Assembly: GCF_000143415.4 (NCBI RefSeq)
Contig: NW_003314371.1
Span: forward strand, 343,798 to 407,797
Length of the DNA stretch: 64,000 nt
Direction of reading: 5' to 3'
Origin: Selaginella moellendorffii
Taxonomy: Eukaryota > Plantae > Lycopodiophyta
This document shows, one piece after another, positions 47,830 through 60,127 of the stretch (position 1 is the first letter of the stretch; each line of letters opens with the position of its first letter). The notes under the pieces are model-generated. The model made no database searches, was not told where the DNA came from, and saw only the letters and a program-made list of their open reading frames with translations. The position numbers were made by a program, and so were the translations under genes.

Positions 47830-48950
47830 GATCCAACTCAAGAACTCGCTTCCAGGCCGTGATCAGTCGCCACGGCGGCTATAAAGCTAGGGAGAAGCGA
47901 GACGAAAGGCGTGGTCCGGCTTGAATCCTTAAGTTTGCAAGGCGTGGAGCTTCACCCGGCGTCCAGGGACGAAGCACACGCGAATGTCACACTCTTCTTT
48001 TCCGGCATTCTCTCCAGCAATATCCATGCCGGTTGGAGATCGCCTCTCGAAGCAGGAGAGCGTTCCACGACACTCCATCTCACGACGGCATTCGATCAAA
48101 CACGGCGTTTGCTTGGAGCGAGGAAAACCACAGCGGCCGTAAGAGTGAAGCAACAAAGGTGTCCTGCTTATGGCGGCATTCCCTCTTTCTGGCCATAACC
48201 ATCTTAGCATCGTGTTCCATAGGCACTGGGTTTCTATCCAATATTTCTCTTGCTTCGTCGAGCAATCCATCTTGGGCATCAGAAGCCCACTGAAACCCAT
48301 GAACAATCGCTCCACTCATTTCACATCTTCCACCCTGCCGCTCGAGCCGTAAGCCACAAGCCGCAAGAAGAGAGTTCCAAGAGAACAAGTCCCGACGTGG
48401 AAGTGCGTGGACTTATCGCCTGCTCGAACCTCCCATTGCGAGCAAACGCCACAAGCATCGCATTTGCCAGCGTTAGAACCACACCAGGCACGGAATCAAA
48501 GAGCTCCTTTGCCTCGCGTAGAAGACCCATACTTCTTGAGCATCGCATAGACGTGTAAACACCTTTTGCTTGATTGGAGCTCGGCATAGCCTGCCAAGAG
48601 TGTGTTCCATGAAACCGCGTCACGGCATGGCATTGCATGGAACACTCCAAGCAGCGCAACGAAGCTAGAAAAGATTATATCTGATGTTACCTCGCAGCTA
48701 TGGAATTTTCGCATATGCTTGAAGCATAACATTCCATGAAACCAAATCAAGCTCAAACGCTAATGCGAAAGCCTTTAAAAGACTCGTGGTATCTTGTTCG
48801 AATCAAAGCAATGTTTTGCGCTATGAATTTGACCGGGATACCCTGCAAACATGGTATTCCACGTTACCAAATTTGCCACAGTATTTCACTCGCCAAGAAA
48901 ATGCTCTTCATGCGTTCCACGAAATCTCCGGCATGGCGTCGAAGAAACTT
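47830..48950 (-). pseudogene. Decayed PLS-PPR pseudogene
   Basis: Fragments in shifting frames: MPCRDAVSWNTLLAGYA, AKELFDSVP, FSWNSLLAAC, GLLDEAREILDR, ANAVFDRMP. Confidence 0.75.
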
Positions 48951-49166
48951 TTCGTGCGGTGATGGCGTCATGCGTTGCTCACGCTTCCGGCCCTTAATTC
49001 ATCAAAGAACACCATCTACAGAGACGGATCCTTTTATTCATCTCTCAGGAATTTACACTGGCCGAAAATCGACCTAAACCTTTGAAACCTTCTTTCTTCG
49101 CTACCCACTCAAACAAACAAAAAGAATCCACTCGCAAGGAAAGAACACATCAGGGATACTTTCCCT

Positions 49167-49643
49167 CTAGTTGCTGCTCTGATCGCGCCAGAGAAAAGCG
49201 CCCACGGCGTACTCGCGCTTCTCCTCGAGAGTGCCCATGGCCGACGCGGGCAGCCCATACTCCTCGAGCAGCCGATCGATCTGCCACTCGGGCATGGTCG
49301 CGTACTGCTGCTTGCTAAAGCGCGGGTAGTGGAGCGGCATCTGGAACTCGTAGGGTACGCCCGGATTCTTCACCACGGACGAGTAGGGGCAGCGGCCAAG
49401 GTGCTGCCCATCGCTGATGGTGGCGAAATCCTCCACGGACCACTGCCGCCGCATCATCGCGGGCTTCTCGCCGAGATCGATCTCCTCCGCGTAGCCATCG
49501 CGATCGACCTGGGCCTTCTTGTCGGGATCGTAGACGAGATCTACGATCTGGCGCACCACGGGGAGATTGGAGAGGCTGAAGTTCCGGACGGGCGGAGCAC
49601 CATCGCGGATTGGAGACGAATCAAACGCTGAAGACGCTGGCAT
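49167..49643 (-). CDS. MPLHYPRY-family small protein (third subtype)
   Basis: CPYSSVVKNPGVPYEFQMPLHYPRFSKQQYATMPEWQIDRLLEEYGL..KREYAVGAFLW. Confidence 0.85.
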   Translation of the reverse strand: MPASSAFDSSPIRDGAPPVRNFSLSNLPVVRQIVDLVYDPDKKAQVDRDGYAEEIDLGEKPAMMRRQWSVEDFATISDGQHLGRCPYSSVVKNPGVPYEFQMPLHYPRFSKQQYATMPEWQIDRLLEEYGLPASAMGTLEEKREYAVGAFLWRDQSSN

Positions 49644-49698
49644 TGCTTTGCTTTACTTTTCTTTTTCCCTATGATCAACGGAGGAGAGAAGGGCAGTA

Positions 49699-49849
49699 CT
49701 TATAAGGCCCTGGACTCGCTGACGTGGCAGCGTCTGGGCCGTAGGAAATTTAGGGCACCGCGTTCTTCCCACTGCTGTTTCCCAAAAAAGGGAACCGCTT
49801 TTGCTTCCAAACTCGGTGACCTGGCCGCCGGAAGTTTAGGGCCACGCGT
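49699..49849 (-). promoter_or_regulatory. TATA + ABRE + CE3-like elements upstream of the 49643 gene
   Basis: TTATAAG at ~49700; ACGTGGC at 49722-49728; GCCACGCGT at 49841-49849. Confidence 0.45.
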
Positions 49850-51686
49850 AAATGCCGCGAGGAAATGCGCATATGCTCTAGGAGGAGATTCCGACAACTA
49901 ACGTAATATTCTTAGTGTTCATTGCAATATTGTTTAGGAGCTTAGAGAGGAAATGAAAGACTCTCTGCTATTGGTTTGATGACCACATAAAGTCCAGCTT
50001 TTTGTGTGTAAGATTTTTATGAAGACCAGTACTATGCCAATTTCACGGGGTGAGGTGATTGAAATCAAGTATTTGAGTAAAAACATCAACCTCCTCAAGC
50101 TTGTTGACAAAAGCTTCACTAAAAATCTTTGAACAAGGAGATCTATCACTCAATGCTTATAGTAAGAAATTCTGGGAGTTATGCCTTGATTTACTACAGT
50201 CTTGATTTCCAAGATCTGTTGTTCCTAAAAATTATTCAGAAGAATGTCAAGAAGCAAATGATGCCATTTCCAAGCTAAAATATTTTTGTTAAGTGAATTG
50301 TCACCTATAATAATTTGTGCTTGGTTTACTTGAATATTCTTAAGATTTGCTCTGACTCAAGATTGTTCAGCTCCTAGATGGTCCAAGTTATGCTCCTCGT
50401 GGACAATGCTCTGTGAGGCCTATGTTGCCAAGTTATAAGATGCTTTCAACGTACATAGCAATAAGGATGCATGAGACAGCCAGTATAAGGAAGAGACCAT
50501 GGAATTGGCCTGAATCAAGGCTGCTCAAGAGAAGGAATGTGAGTTCATGTTGTCACTGGAGGGTCCTCCCAGATATCACCAAAGGCTCTTCACTCAGTTT
50601 TTCTTTTAAGTTCAAAGTTCATGCTGGGGACATGCCACAACTGGAAATGCAGTGACTTTTTTCCTATTCTTCCTTGCAAGCATACAAAAGGTAAAACAAG
50701 TAGAAGAGTTAATCCATTTATTTGGCAATTGAAGAAGTCAAGTTTGTCAACATCAACTTTAGTTGTTCTAGTGCTCTCTTTCAAAGTAATCTTCATGCTG
50801 TAGGTTTAAGTGGATCTAGCATGAGCTCAGTCATTAAAATTCTGACCCTGTCACTGGAAATTGACACATCTAGCCACAATATCAGGAAGTACAACTTATG
50901 ATGGCTAAGTAAGCACATAAACCTGGAATGGTTTCTCTTCTCTATAGTAGTGATGAACTTATGATCTCAATAACGATAATTATCTGCATTGTATGTATGA
51001 TTTATAAAATTATAGCATGTTGTTGGAAAACTATGGCATGATATTTGATGCTTAAGTATGCTATTGGGTCATGAGAATTTATGTTGAGGTGTGAATTTAT
51101 ATGAATTTTTAATAGAAGGAAGTTGGTTGAATCTTGAAAGTTTGTATTCTTAGACTGAAAGTCATTTTTTCTCTAGGATGAAAAATTTTTCAAAATTTTT
51201 TTTAGGCTTTTCCAATGGTTGACTTATTGATTATTTTACTCGAAAACCATTTTGTTTTCATAAGCCAGTATGGATTAGTGAAAGGGTTTGAGTTGACTTT
51301 GGTTAGCTTTGACTTTAGTATGATGCGACCTAAAAGAAATGTTAACTTTTTAGAGCTAAAGTAATTGAGTTAGATAAAGTTTAAAGTTGGTATAGCAAAG
51401 TGGCCGTTGCACTTTTTTAGAAAGGTGACTCTTGTGCTTTTTTTTTGTAATATTATGCTAAATGGTAGGTTATACCTTGCATTTCATTAAACTCTATGAG
51501 AGTAGTGAGCTCTCACTGATCTGAACTTGGTCGTGGTGGCTCTACTCCTTAGCTGAGGATAATTATGTTTAACTTAGTTGTTTGAGGTTGAGGTGTTAGT
51601 ACCTGTATTATAGCCTTGTCTATTAGCAGATTATATACCATAAAAATCCATCTCATAGTCTTCACTTTAGTTTTGATTGAGTGTTA

Positions 51687-52088
51687 ATCATGCATAGTTA
51701 ACCTCTTCAAGGCATACTTAGAGTTATTGACTAAACATATTAGTGAGTTTATTATTGTATGATTGGATTCGAATAGTCATTTAGTCTATACTTGTTCATG
51801 TTCCTATATCTCATATCTGGGGTATTACGTTCATGTTGGACAAGTATGTAACATAATAACATGAGTTTAGTGTTTGGGTCTTGTGAGATCATGCATAGTT
51901 AACCTCTTCAAGGCATGTTTAGAGCTATTGACTAAACAAGTTGGTGAGTTTATTATTGTACGATTGGATTAGAATAGTCATTTAGTTTGTGTTTGTCCAT
52001 GTTTGTATATCTCATATCTAAAGTATTACGTTCATGTTGAATAAGTATGTGACATGATGACGTAAGTTTAGTGTTTGGGTTTTGTGAA
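51687..52088 (+). repeat. Two ~201-bp tandem copies
   Basis: ATCATGCATAGTTAACCTCTTCAAGGCAT starts at 51687 and 51888; the units align along their length. Confidence 0.9.
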
Positions 52089-52668
52089 AGGCAACTTGAA
52101 GAGTGATTATTAATTTTTTTGCAACTAGTGATTGTTAATAGATTTTATTGAGAACTGTTGACACTTGTTTCTCTTGATGAAGATTTATTAGTGATGTGTT
52201 GTTTTACCTGATAATGTTGCAGAGGATTGTGTTGTTAAAACTTGCATGATTTTTCCATGTTGGCATATCAATTTTACCTTTATCAATATCATTCAGCTGC
52301 AATTGGTCTGTAATGTTAGATTATATTTTGGATGTGGTGATTCACTCCTTAATGATATGTTATCTGTAACTGAGTATTGTTGAAGAATTTATCTTAGATA
52401 CTGATTAAAGTATCTTTGACTTTAGTTAGCTTAGTTACTAAAGAGCTTTGAGTGGTGATTCACTCTTGCTTTCTTTTAACTTTAATTTAATGTTGATGGC
52501 ATTGAAGTGATGCCTTGTTGTTAATATGTGACGTAAGACTTGAGTAAAATGAGATGTCTCTCTATAGGATTATATTGAGTTTTATTAATCTTTGATAAGA
52601 TAGTGTTAATGAATTACATGTAGCTTTGTGTTATTGGCATTCATTTGTTAGAGTAGCACTATATTGGC

Positions 52669-52768
52669 NNNNNNNNNNNNNNNNNNNNNNNNNNNNNNNN
52701 NNNNNNNNNNNNNNNNNNNNNNNNNNNNNNNNNNNNNNNNNNNNNNNNNNNNNNNNNNNNNNNNNNNN
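52669..52768. other. Assembly gap (100 N)
   Basis: Run of N. Confidence 1.
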
Positions 52769-55700
52769 TTATGTCTTATATAAAAAGATGGATTCATAAA
52801 GGATTGTTTGATGATCACTTGTTAAATATAACTTTGTTATGCTTAACTTTTGGATGTATGCAAAAATGCTTTTCATTAGTCTTGCATTATAAAGTTTAGT
52901 TTAAGAGGATGTTGTGGGTTATACCATGATTTCTTCTTTGGCATTGAAGTTAGTTTATATGAGACTTATGATCATTATTAAAAAAGATTTGACTATAGGC
53001 TGCTTCAAGTTTTTGGTTCTTTGAGTTCTTATACTCATTGTTTCATTTGTTACAAGTTGCTGGGGAAGGTATTTATGGCTCATTAGCTTTGATGTTATTA
53101 ATATTTGCATCTAAAAATCACTGATAATGAACATCTATCATCTTGGGATACTTAATTATTCTTGTTAAAGGTTTTACTTGATTATTATTAATCTAAAATG
53201 ATTTGCTATTCTTTCGGATGGTGGATTCTTTCTTTAATGATGATTATGCATATCTTTATTGATGGGACGATTAATGGTTTTTCATGATTGTTAGTTGTTC
53301 TCATTAATAACTTTTGTAATACTATATATTCTTTGTGATTTTCTTTGGATTGGTCTATAGGTTTGAGATATTGGTAGAATGTTGCAAATGCTTGTTTAAG
53401 CAACTTGAGTTCCTTAGAATTGTTGACTGGGATTTATTTCAATTAGTTAGTGTGATAGTTGGCATGAACATTGTGTTTATTGCTCTTTGCAACACTCATT
53501 TTATTCTGTTAATTATTGTTATAGTTGGTTCTGATAAATTAAATATTATTTCCATTGGTTGATATGTTTTGCTTGTCAGTTAATGATATTTTATGTTCTT
53601 TGAGTTATCTTACATAAGTTGTCTAGCATGTTATTTACAATCTTTTATAGTTAAGTTTTATCATTGAGTTTTCTTAATAATACACTGTCTATTGAATTTT
53701 GTTAGATAGTGAATCCTATGTTTTCCAATTATGATGATCTTAGTGGTTCTTATACTATAATATTGGTTTATCAAATGATAACTTACTTGGAATACTTTTG
53801 TGTTCTAATGTAAGATTTATTCACTGATAATTCAGTCTCTAAGATATCATTGTCTATAACTTTGATATTGTCCATCTATTTATCTTTGGGTTTGAGCTAA
53901 TATACGCAAACTGGTTTCAACACTTCATATGTATAGTGAAATTTTTAGTCATAGAGTAACTACTGGCAATTGGTCATATCACTTAACTCTCTATTGATGT
54001 TCCTTATTTCATTAAAAAGGCGTGACCATGTAAATAACTCTAATTGCTTGTTTATAGTAATTTATCTAAACCTTACCGATATGTTTGGTTTCTTTGCTTA
54101 TGAGGGTTGGGGTTTTTGGCTTCTCTCTCTATGTCCTTACAGGTAGAAGCATATCACACTTTGTAAGCTAAGTGATATTCAGAGCAATAAAGGTGGCTGA
54201 CTTCATTGATCATTTCCTTATCAGCAATGGCCGAAAGGTGTTTGAGTTGGTAGTGCATCCACATTAGACAAAGAGGTTATCTTAACTCATTTAAATTGGT
54301 GCATTTCTTACAAAGTGTGAATACCATGAACTTTTTAGTGTTGTTTCCTTGCCAGTGTTCTAGACTAGAGTATGTATCGATGAGGACATCAATCTCTCTA
54401 ATGGGGAGAGAGTGTCGCAAATATGACTTCGGGTGTTGAAAGTTACTTATTGGCTAGTCCTTTCATATGAAGGTCAATATTGTTAGACCCTTTATTAGTC
54501 TCCACTTAAACTAGTTAAAAAACTAGTTGCACTTAAATCACATAAATATAAGGTAGGAACCCTATGTGTTTATTGTTGAGCATACTTGGCCTGGTTTGAG
54601 AAACTTGTGTCATTAGTTTGCGCTTATTAGTATCAAGAACCCCCATGATATTAAGATTAGTCCCTCAATATTCACTGGATGATAACTTATTGTATTTGCC
54701 AAACACCTTTGCTATCATGCCCTTTGTGTTGGTCTTGTTCGGTCCTAATGTTATTTATAGAAAGTGTTTAAATTTGCTAATTTTATAGATTGTTCTAAAC
54801 ACAATAATGTTGGTCCCATGTCCAAATTCGCAATCTAAAGCCATTCCATATTTAGTAAGTTTCAAGTTTGTCCCAAGGTGGCTAAAGGTGAAAACCCAAA
54901 GCATGTGTTCCTGAGGGGGGGGGGGGATATTAAGGTTTCCAAATGTACAGTAAAGATAGTGGGTAGGTCAAGTTAGGCATGGTTGACTAACATGAAGCAT
55001 ATTTTAACTCTTGTTTGCATGTTTATCTTTGTTTTGTATCCAGCTTAGGTCTAAATCTAAGTTCCACACCATACTAGTTGGTGTAGTACCCATATCCTCA
55101 TGTTAAGCCACCGGTATGCTAAAATATTATCAAACTCCATTTGGCTTTAAATTAAATTCACACCAAGTTAGCTATGAGATGATAGAAAATTTATATATTT
55201 TTTTAAAATTAATACCTATAGCTAATTGCAGGGGGGATAAACTCCACACCAAGTCAACTATAAAATAGTACATGTTCTTGCATATGATTATTCAGAATTT
55301 TAAACCACAACTAAGATTGAAACAATAATAAAAATAGAATATATAAATTTTCTTAATTATAACTATTGTATATAATCCAAGTTAAACTTTAAAAATAACT
55401 GTAAAAATCATTATAGAAGTTCTATGGAAGGAGATAAATTTAAGATTACAAATCTGAATACAACTTAACATAACAAAAATTTAGTTATCTCATAAAATGT
55501 ATTTGCAAGGCATTGGATTCCTTCTATAAAGCAAGCTTGTGCACTGAATATATTACCATTTTTGCAAGTTATGTACTTTTCTACTCAATATTAAATTAGC
55601 ATTGTTAAATTAGGGTATAATACCTTAGTTTCATTAATTAATTAATTAATTTACTTATATTAAGCTAAACTAATATTGTAATTTGAGGATAAATTAATGG

Positions 55701-55904
55701 CAATAGATTCATATGGATGTTTTTTCTTTCTTTTTTGTCATCTTCCTCTTCATAGCAACAGTCTAATCCTTTATAGCAAAACAATCCAATCAAGTGTCCC
55801 TCTTTTGTCAATGCCAAACATGAGTGTTAGGAATGAACTCCTTGATGTGTCATATGCTAAAAGATACTGAAATCACAATGAAAATAATAAAAAGTTCATC
55901 GGAT

Positions 55905-56050
55905 AAGATTGAGTTTGGGATCAAGTCTGAAACTGACTCCAAAACCGAGTTCAAGATTGGGTCTAAGACTAAGTCCAAGACCGAGTCCAAAATTGAGTTC
56001 AAGACTGAGTTTGAAGTAAAATTTGAGATCGAATCCAAGACCAAGTCCGA
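55905..56050 (+). repeat. Degenerate 12-bp minisatellite (AAGACYGAGTYC-like)
   Basis: Repeated aagaccgagtcc/aagattgagttc variants; these create the spurious ORFs 55824 and 55850. Confidence 0.75.
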
Positions 56051-56100
56051 ATACTAATATAGATCATAGGGTGAAAGCCCAAAGCTATAATATCCCAAGT

Positions 56101-56664
56101 TGCAAGGGTTTCAAAAGTATAGCTCCCATTTTTGGAAGTAAAATCAATTACAATGCTCCTAATTCATGTAAAATGGTGTCCCACTTGAGTACCATACTAC
56201 TCATTAGCCCATTCTAGGGCTTAAGCCTTTTCTTTGGGACAGGTGGGGGAGTAAGGGTATTTATACCCAACCGTTAGACTATAGTGTTTCCCCTCAGGTC
56301 TTAAAGTAAAAAATGCCCCCAAAGTTTAAGATTTAAAGAGTTTCATAATCAAATCTTGTTATACCAAAGGATGTTAAAATCCTAGAGGTTTAGTGTGTTT
56401 AGCTGCTTATGCTTGTAGAAAGGGTAGTCAAACCTTAAGTCTAATTTAACCTGAGGAGGGTGATTAAAAAAGAGTCTAGGAATCTATGGATGGATTGTTA
56501 ACACCCCATTGTTTGTGTAGTGAGTTATTGAAATTAAGTAAGATTAAGTAAGAGTTAGTACAATAGACAAGAACTTGGACAAAGGAACTTAGCTAAAGCT
56601 AAGATAAAAGTGGTTAAATAAATAAAGTAAGAGCAAATTGGAAAAAGAAAATTTGTGACTTACA
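56101..56664 (+). mobile_element. Solo LTR (old, AT-shifted copy of the LTR at 63298-63992)
   Basis: TG...CA ends; aligns along its length to the reverse complement of 63298-63992, with an internal deletion and many C>T/G>A changes; no clear TSD. Confidence 0.75.
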
Positions 56665-58218
56665 ATTGAGAGTGGAGCAATAAGCATCCCTTATGTATTA
56701 GGCTACATAGCATTGGATTGCAGCTAAAAATTATAAATTGTGGAGAAATCCAAAAGTCTTACCAATGGTATTTTACTAATAATGATTGAAGGATCTTGAT
56801 TGATCTAGAGCCATGCCCCATATTAAAGATTTAGTATACCACTTCAAGGAGAATAAGAGTGAGTGGAGTGGAAGATTATATATGATCTATAGATATAAAG
56901 ATCATTAATTGACATGCTTGGCTTGGTCAATAGCTATCATAAGAATGTTATTAACCCAACCACTAATAAATATTAAAAATAATAAATTAAATTTTAATTT
57001 TATAAATTCTTAATATTAGCATTTGTGAAACATTAGTGGAAAATTAACTTAATTTAATATTAATTTTTGGTAGAAAAACATTATCATTAGAAATAGATAT
57101 TAAATTAAAAAATTAAAAAATTAAATTAATAAGATCTAAGATATTAAATTAGCATCAATGAAAAAGGCTCTGAAAATTATTTATTATTACTGATTTATTA
57201 TTTTATGGATTTCATTAAATAATTATTGCATATTAATAATATTGGAATATTGTATCTTCTTCATAAAAAAATATAATGAAATGTGTTTTTGAGTTTATAA
57301 TATTAACTAGTGGGTGTAAAAATTTATATCATATATTAAGCTGTTGTAGATTAATTTTTTGTTATTATCCCAAATATGTTATCATTGAGATTCAAAAGGA
57401 TCTTGAGGTTAGATAGTACTATGTTTAAAAGAAAAAATAAAAATGAAAAGTAAGGGATTATTATCCACCACAATTATTCTTTAATATTTAGTTAAAATCT
57501 ATAAATTAGTAAATGTGAATGCAAATATGGCATTTACAATATAAGTGAGAGATTTATTCACTTACTTACTAGGTATCTAACATTTGTAAATATCCTTATT
57601 ATAATTGAAAACAACCTTATATAATTAAAAGGAAATACCTACAATAGATCTCATACATGCATAGTCTTAAATATTAATTAGTGTAATAATGGACTTGAGA
57701 ATTAGAAATAGCCCTGGAATTCCAATTCCTCTATTGCAAATGCAACACCACACAAACGCATAGAAAATCAATATGAAAATGTTAAAATGCCACACTTTTG
57801 AGTTATGCAACTTTCAAACCCTAAAAAAGTTTTTAAAAGTAGAAGAAAAACTAATATGCATGCACATAGTGCAAAGGATTTAAATCATGCCTGATCAAAA
57901 TTAATATTTTCATTATGTGATTATTATGCTGTATTGTATGATTTTTATATGAATAAAACTTTATTTAAGTTGTTTAAGAATAAAAATAAAAAGAAATAAA
58001 ACTCTGTCTATATTGTGGAGTTTTATAAATGACCTACTTCGACTTAAGCAAAGGGTTAAAGTGATTGATGCAACACATATTGTAATTCAAAAAACAAAAC
58101 ACTTCAATTTAATTAATTAAAAACAATATAGTTTAGAATTAATTTAATTAATATGAATTAAGTTTATATTTTAACTTAAAAAATTATGTATTATGTAAAA
58201 ATATTTAAAGTAAATAGT

Positions 58219-60127
58219 TTAATGTTTCATCACAGAAGTAATATGAGTCAAAAAACCACATTGCACTACTCTACAACAGCAAACATGTTCTTTACCAAGA
58301 GCAAGAAGGATTGTGGTCTTCATATCTGCAGGCACCAATGCATGAACTGCAAGTTCCTGTAAAATTTGAAGCTTCCATTGCCTGTTCCAGCGAAGTCTCT
58401 CTGGAAAAATCCCCAACAGGTAAGCAAAGCTGAGCCCAAGGGAAAGCCAGTCATCTCGACAGCAGTACTCCCCACCTTCATCAAACACAGGAGAGCGGAA
58501 CATAACAGTTCCAACCTCCTCTGTCATGCTATCGTCCCAGTGAGCAGCACAGTCGAAGTCGTTCAAAACGAGCCTCTGGTTTGCAGTTCCGTGTTCCATG
58601 ACGATGAAATTGCTCGGTTTGATATCCCTGTGGAAAACTTTGCAATGATGCAGAGCTCTCACCGCCTCCGACGCTTCTCTCCAGCACTTGGCAATCCGTT
58701 CCGCATTTGAGACGTGCTTCTTGCTGAAGGGGACACCCACTCCCTCCATTTCCACAAATCTGAGACCCCGGCCTGCTCCATTCACTCGACCATGTCCGAT
58801 CATCTTCCGTAAGTATCTGCAATCAGATGAGTGACCCCAGAAGTGCGCCCGGATATCAAGCTCGATGTAGTTTTCAGAAGACACCTTGACAACGCTGGCC
58901 AATCCTGCTGTTGCAAAGACGCAAGACCTGGGCCCTGAAGCCAGCACGCTCAAAACTTGAACGCTGCCGGTTTTGCTTTCATAGACGAACTCGACTGGGC
59001 CGTAGCAGTCAGGTGCCACACTTCTGAAATACTTTACCAGTGAATGGAAACCTTCAGGTGGTGCGAAAGGAAGTAACTCCTGGAAGCTAGCACTGTGCAT
59101 ACGAGATAACAAAGCCTCTGGCACGTCCATGTCTTGCACCGGCTTTGTAGACCAGTTTCTTTCAATCCCAAACTCGTCATTGATCAAGCGCGCCATGTCG
59201 ATCAAGCGCACTTCCCATAGCCCAGCCTCTGCAGTCATCTGACCGCTTCCCCTTTGGAAGCCAGGAGCATATTCTAGCAGCTCCAAGCTTCCTAGATCAT
59301 CCTCACCATTCTTCCTGATGTGAAACTTGAAAAAAAAGACAAATTGGACACGAATGATCAATGCAGCCATACAACTGTAGTTGCCCACCCTGTTTTTGTT
59401 GTAGTTAAGAACATAGTTAAGCAGCTGGCTGAGGCTGTCTGAATTCGTGGCAATTCCATCTGGATCATCGACACTCCCATGGGACCATGTAACCTTCACG
59501 TCCAATGGAATCACCTCGTTGCGGTCGATGATCACCTCCACATCCGGAATGACGCCACATATTTCAACCCGCCCTTGGTCGCTGACAGCAGCTGCCCTTG
59601 CAATTGCGAGAAGATAAGGGTAGTACCTTCTTTCGTGCAAAGTCGACATAAAAGCTGATAGATTTGGTGAGTCCCCGAAGAGGTGTAGCCACAACCAGCA
59701 AAGAGCAGCCGCGACACAAAAGCTTTGAGTGCCAACGAGCTCTGTCACAAGAACACATCTTGTCTTCCCTTGAAAATAAGACGCCTTCAACTTCTTGGAA
59801 GGTCGTAGCGGTGATGAGAAGTACGGCAAGGCAGACAAAGTACCTACAAAACCGAACACTCACTAAGACTCTTGTGTCTAATGTATGCCATGTGCTCATA
59901 CCTTCTGCTTGAGCTGCACTCGGCTGAGGAACGTAGACAAGGCGATCTTTAGCAAACACTGTGTCATCATCAATGACAGAAACCCCATCCACTTCAAGGG
60001 CACCATGAAGCCCATACCTTTCCAACTGCTTGTAAATCTTCTCAGCCAGCAGCCCTGCTGGAGGAATTCGCACCTTGATCACCTCCGTGCCATCGTTGGC
60101 TTGCACAATCGTTACCGTCGTCGCCAT
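58219..60127 (-). CDS. Crinkler-like protein: ubiquitin-like header + PD-(D/E)xK endonuclease + protein kinase
   Basis: Exon 1 (60127-59902) MATTVTIVQANDGTEVIKVRIP..; intron 59844-59901 keeps the frame; nuclease motifs IPD..VIPLDVK..SQLLNY; kinase VVK, HRDIKPSN, NDFD, GT..FRSP, DDWLSLG. Confidence 0.8.

Larger units (their letters stand above)
38281..49650. repeat. Segmental duplication, copy 2 (with internal SRS2 re-duplication and insertions)
   Basis: Begins with an ICME C-terminal remnant (ATTTTGCTCAAGCTTGCAAAAAAGTGAGCCCC) and repeats the gene order of 27866-37270. Confidence 0.88.
49930..55000 (+). mobile_element. Heavily decayed Ty3/gypsy-like LTR retrotransposon sequence (probably nested)
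   Basis: Gag-like EQGDLSLNAYSKKFWEL at 50131-50185; PPT GGGGAGAGAG followed by TGTC at ~54403-54415; second PPT (poly-G ~54913-54926) followed by LTR-like sequence similar to the start of the 63992 LTR; AT-rich with no long ORFs. Confidence 0.6.

Noticed and set aside
55824-56057. KTESK-repeat ORF
   Set aside because: By-product of a 12-bp minisatellite.
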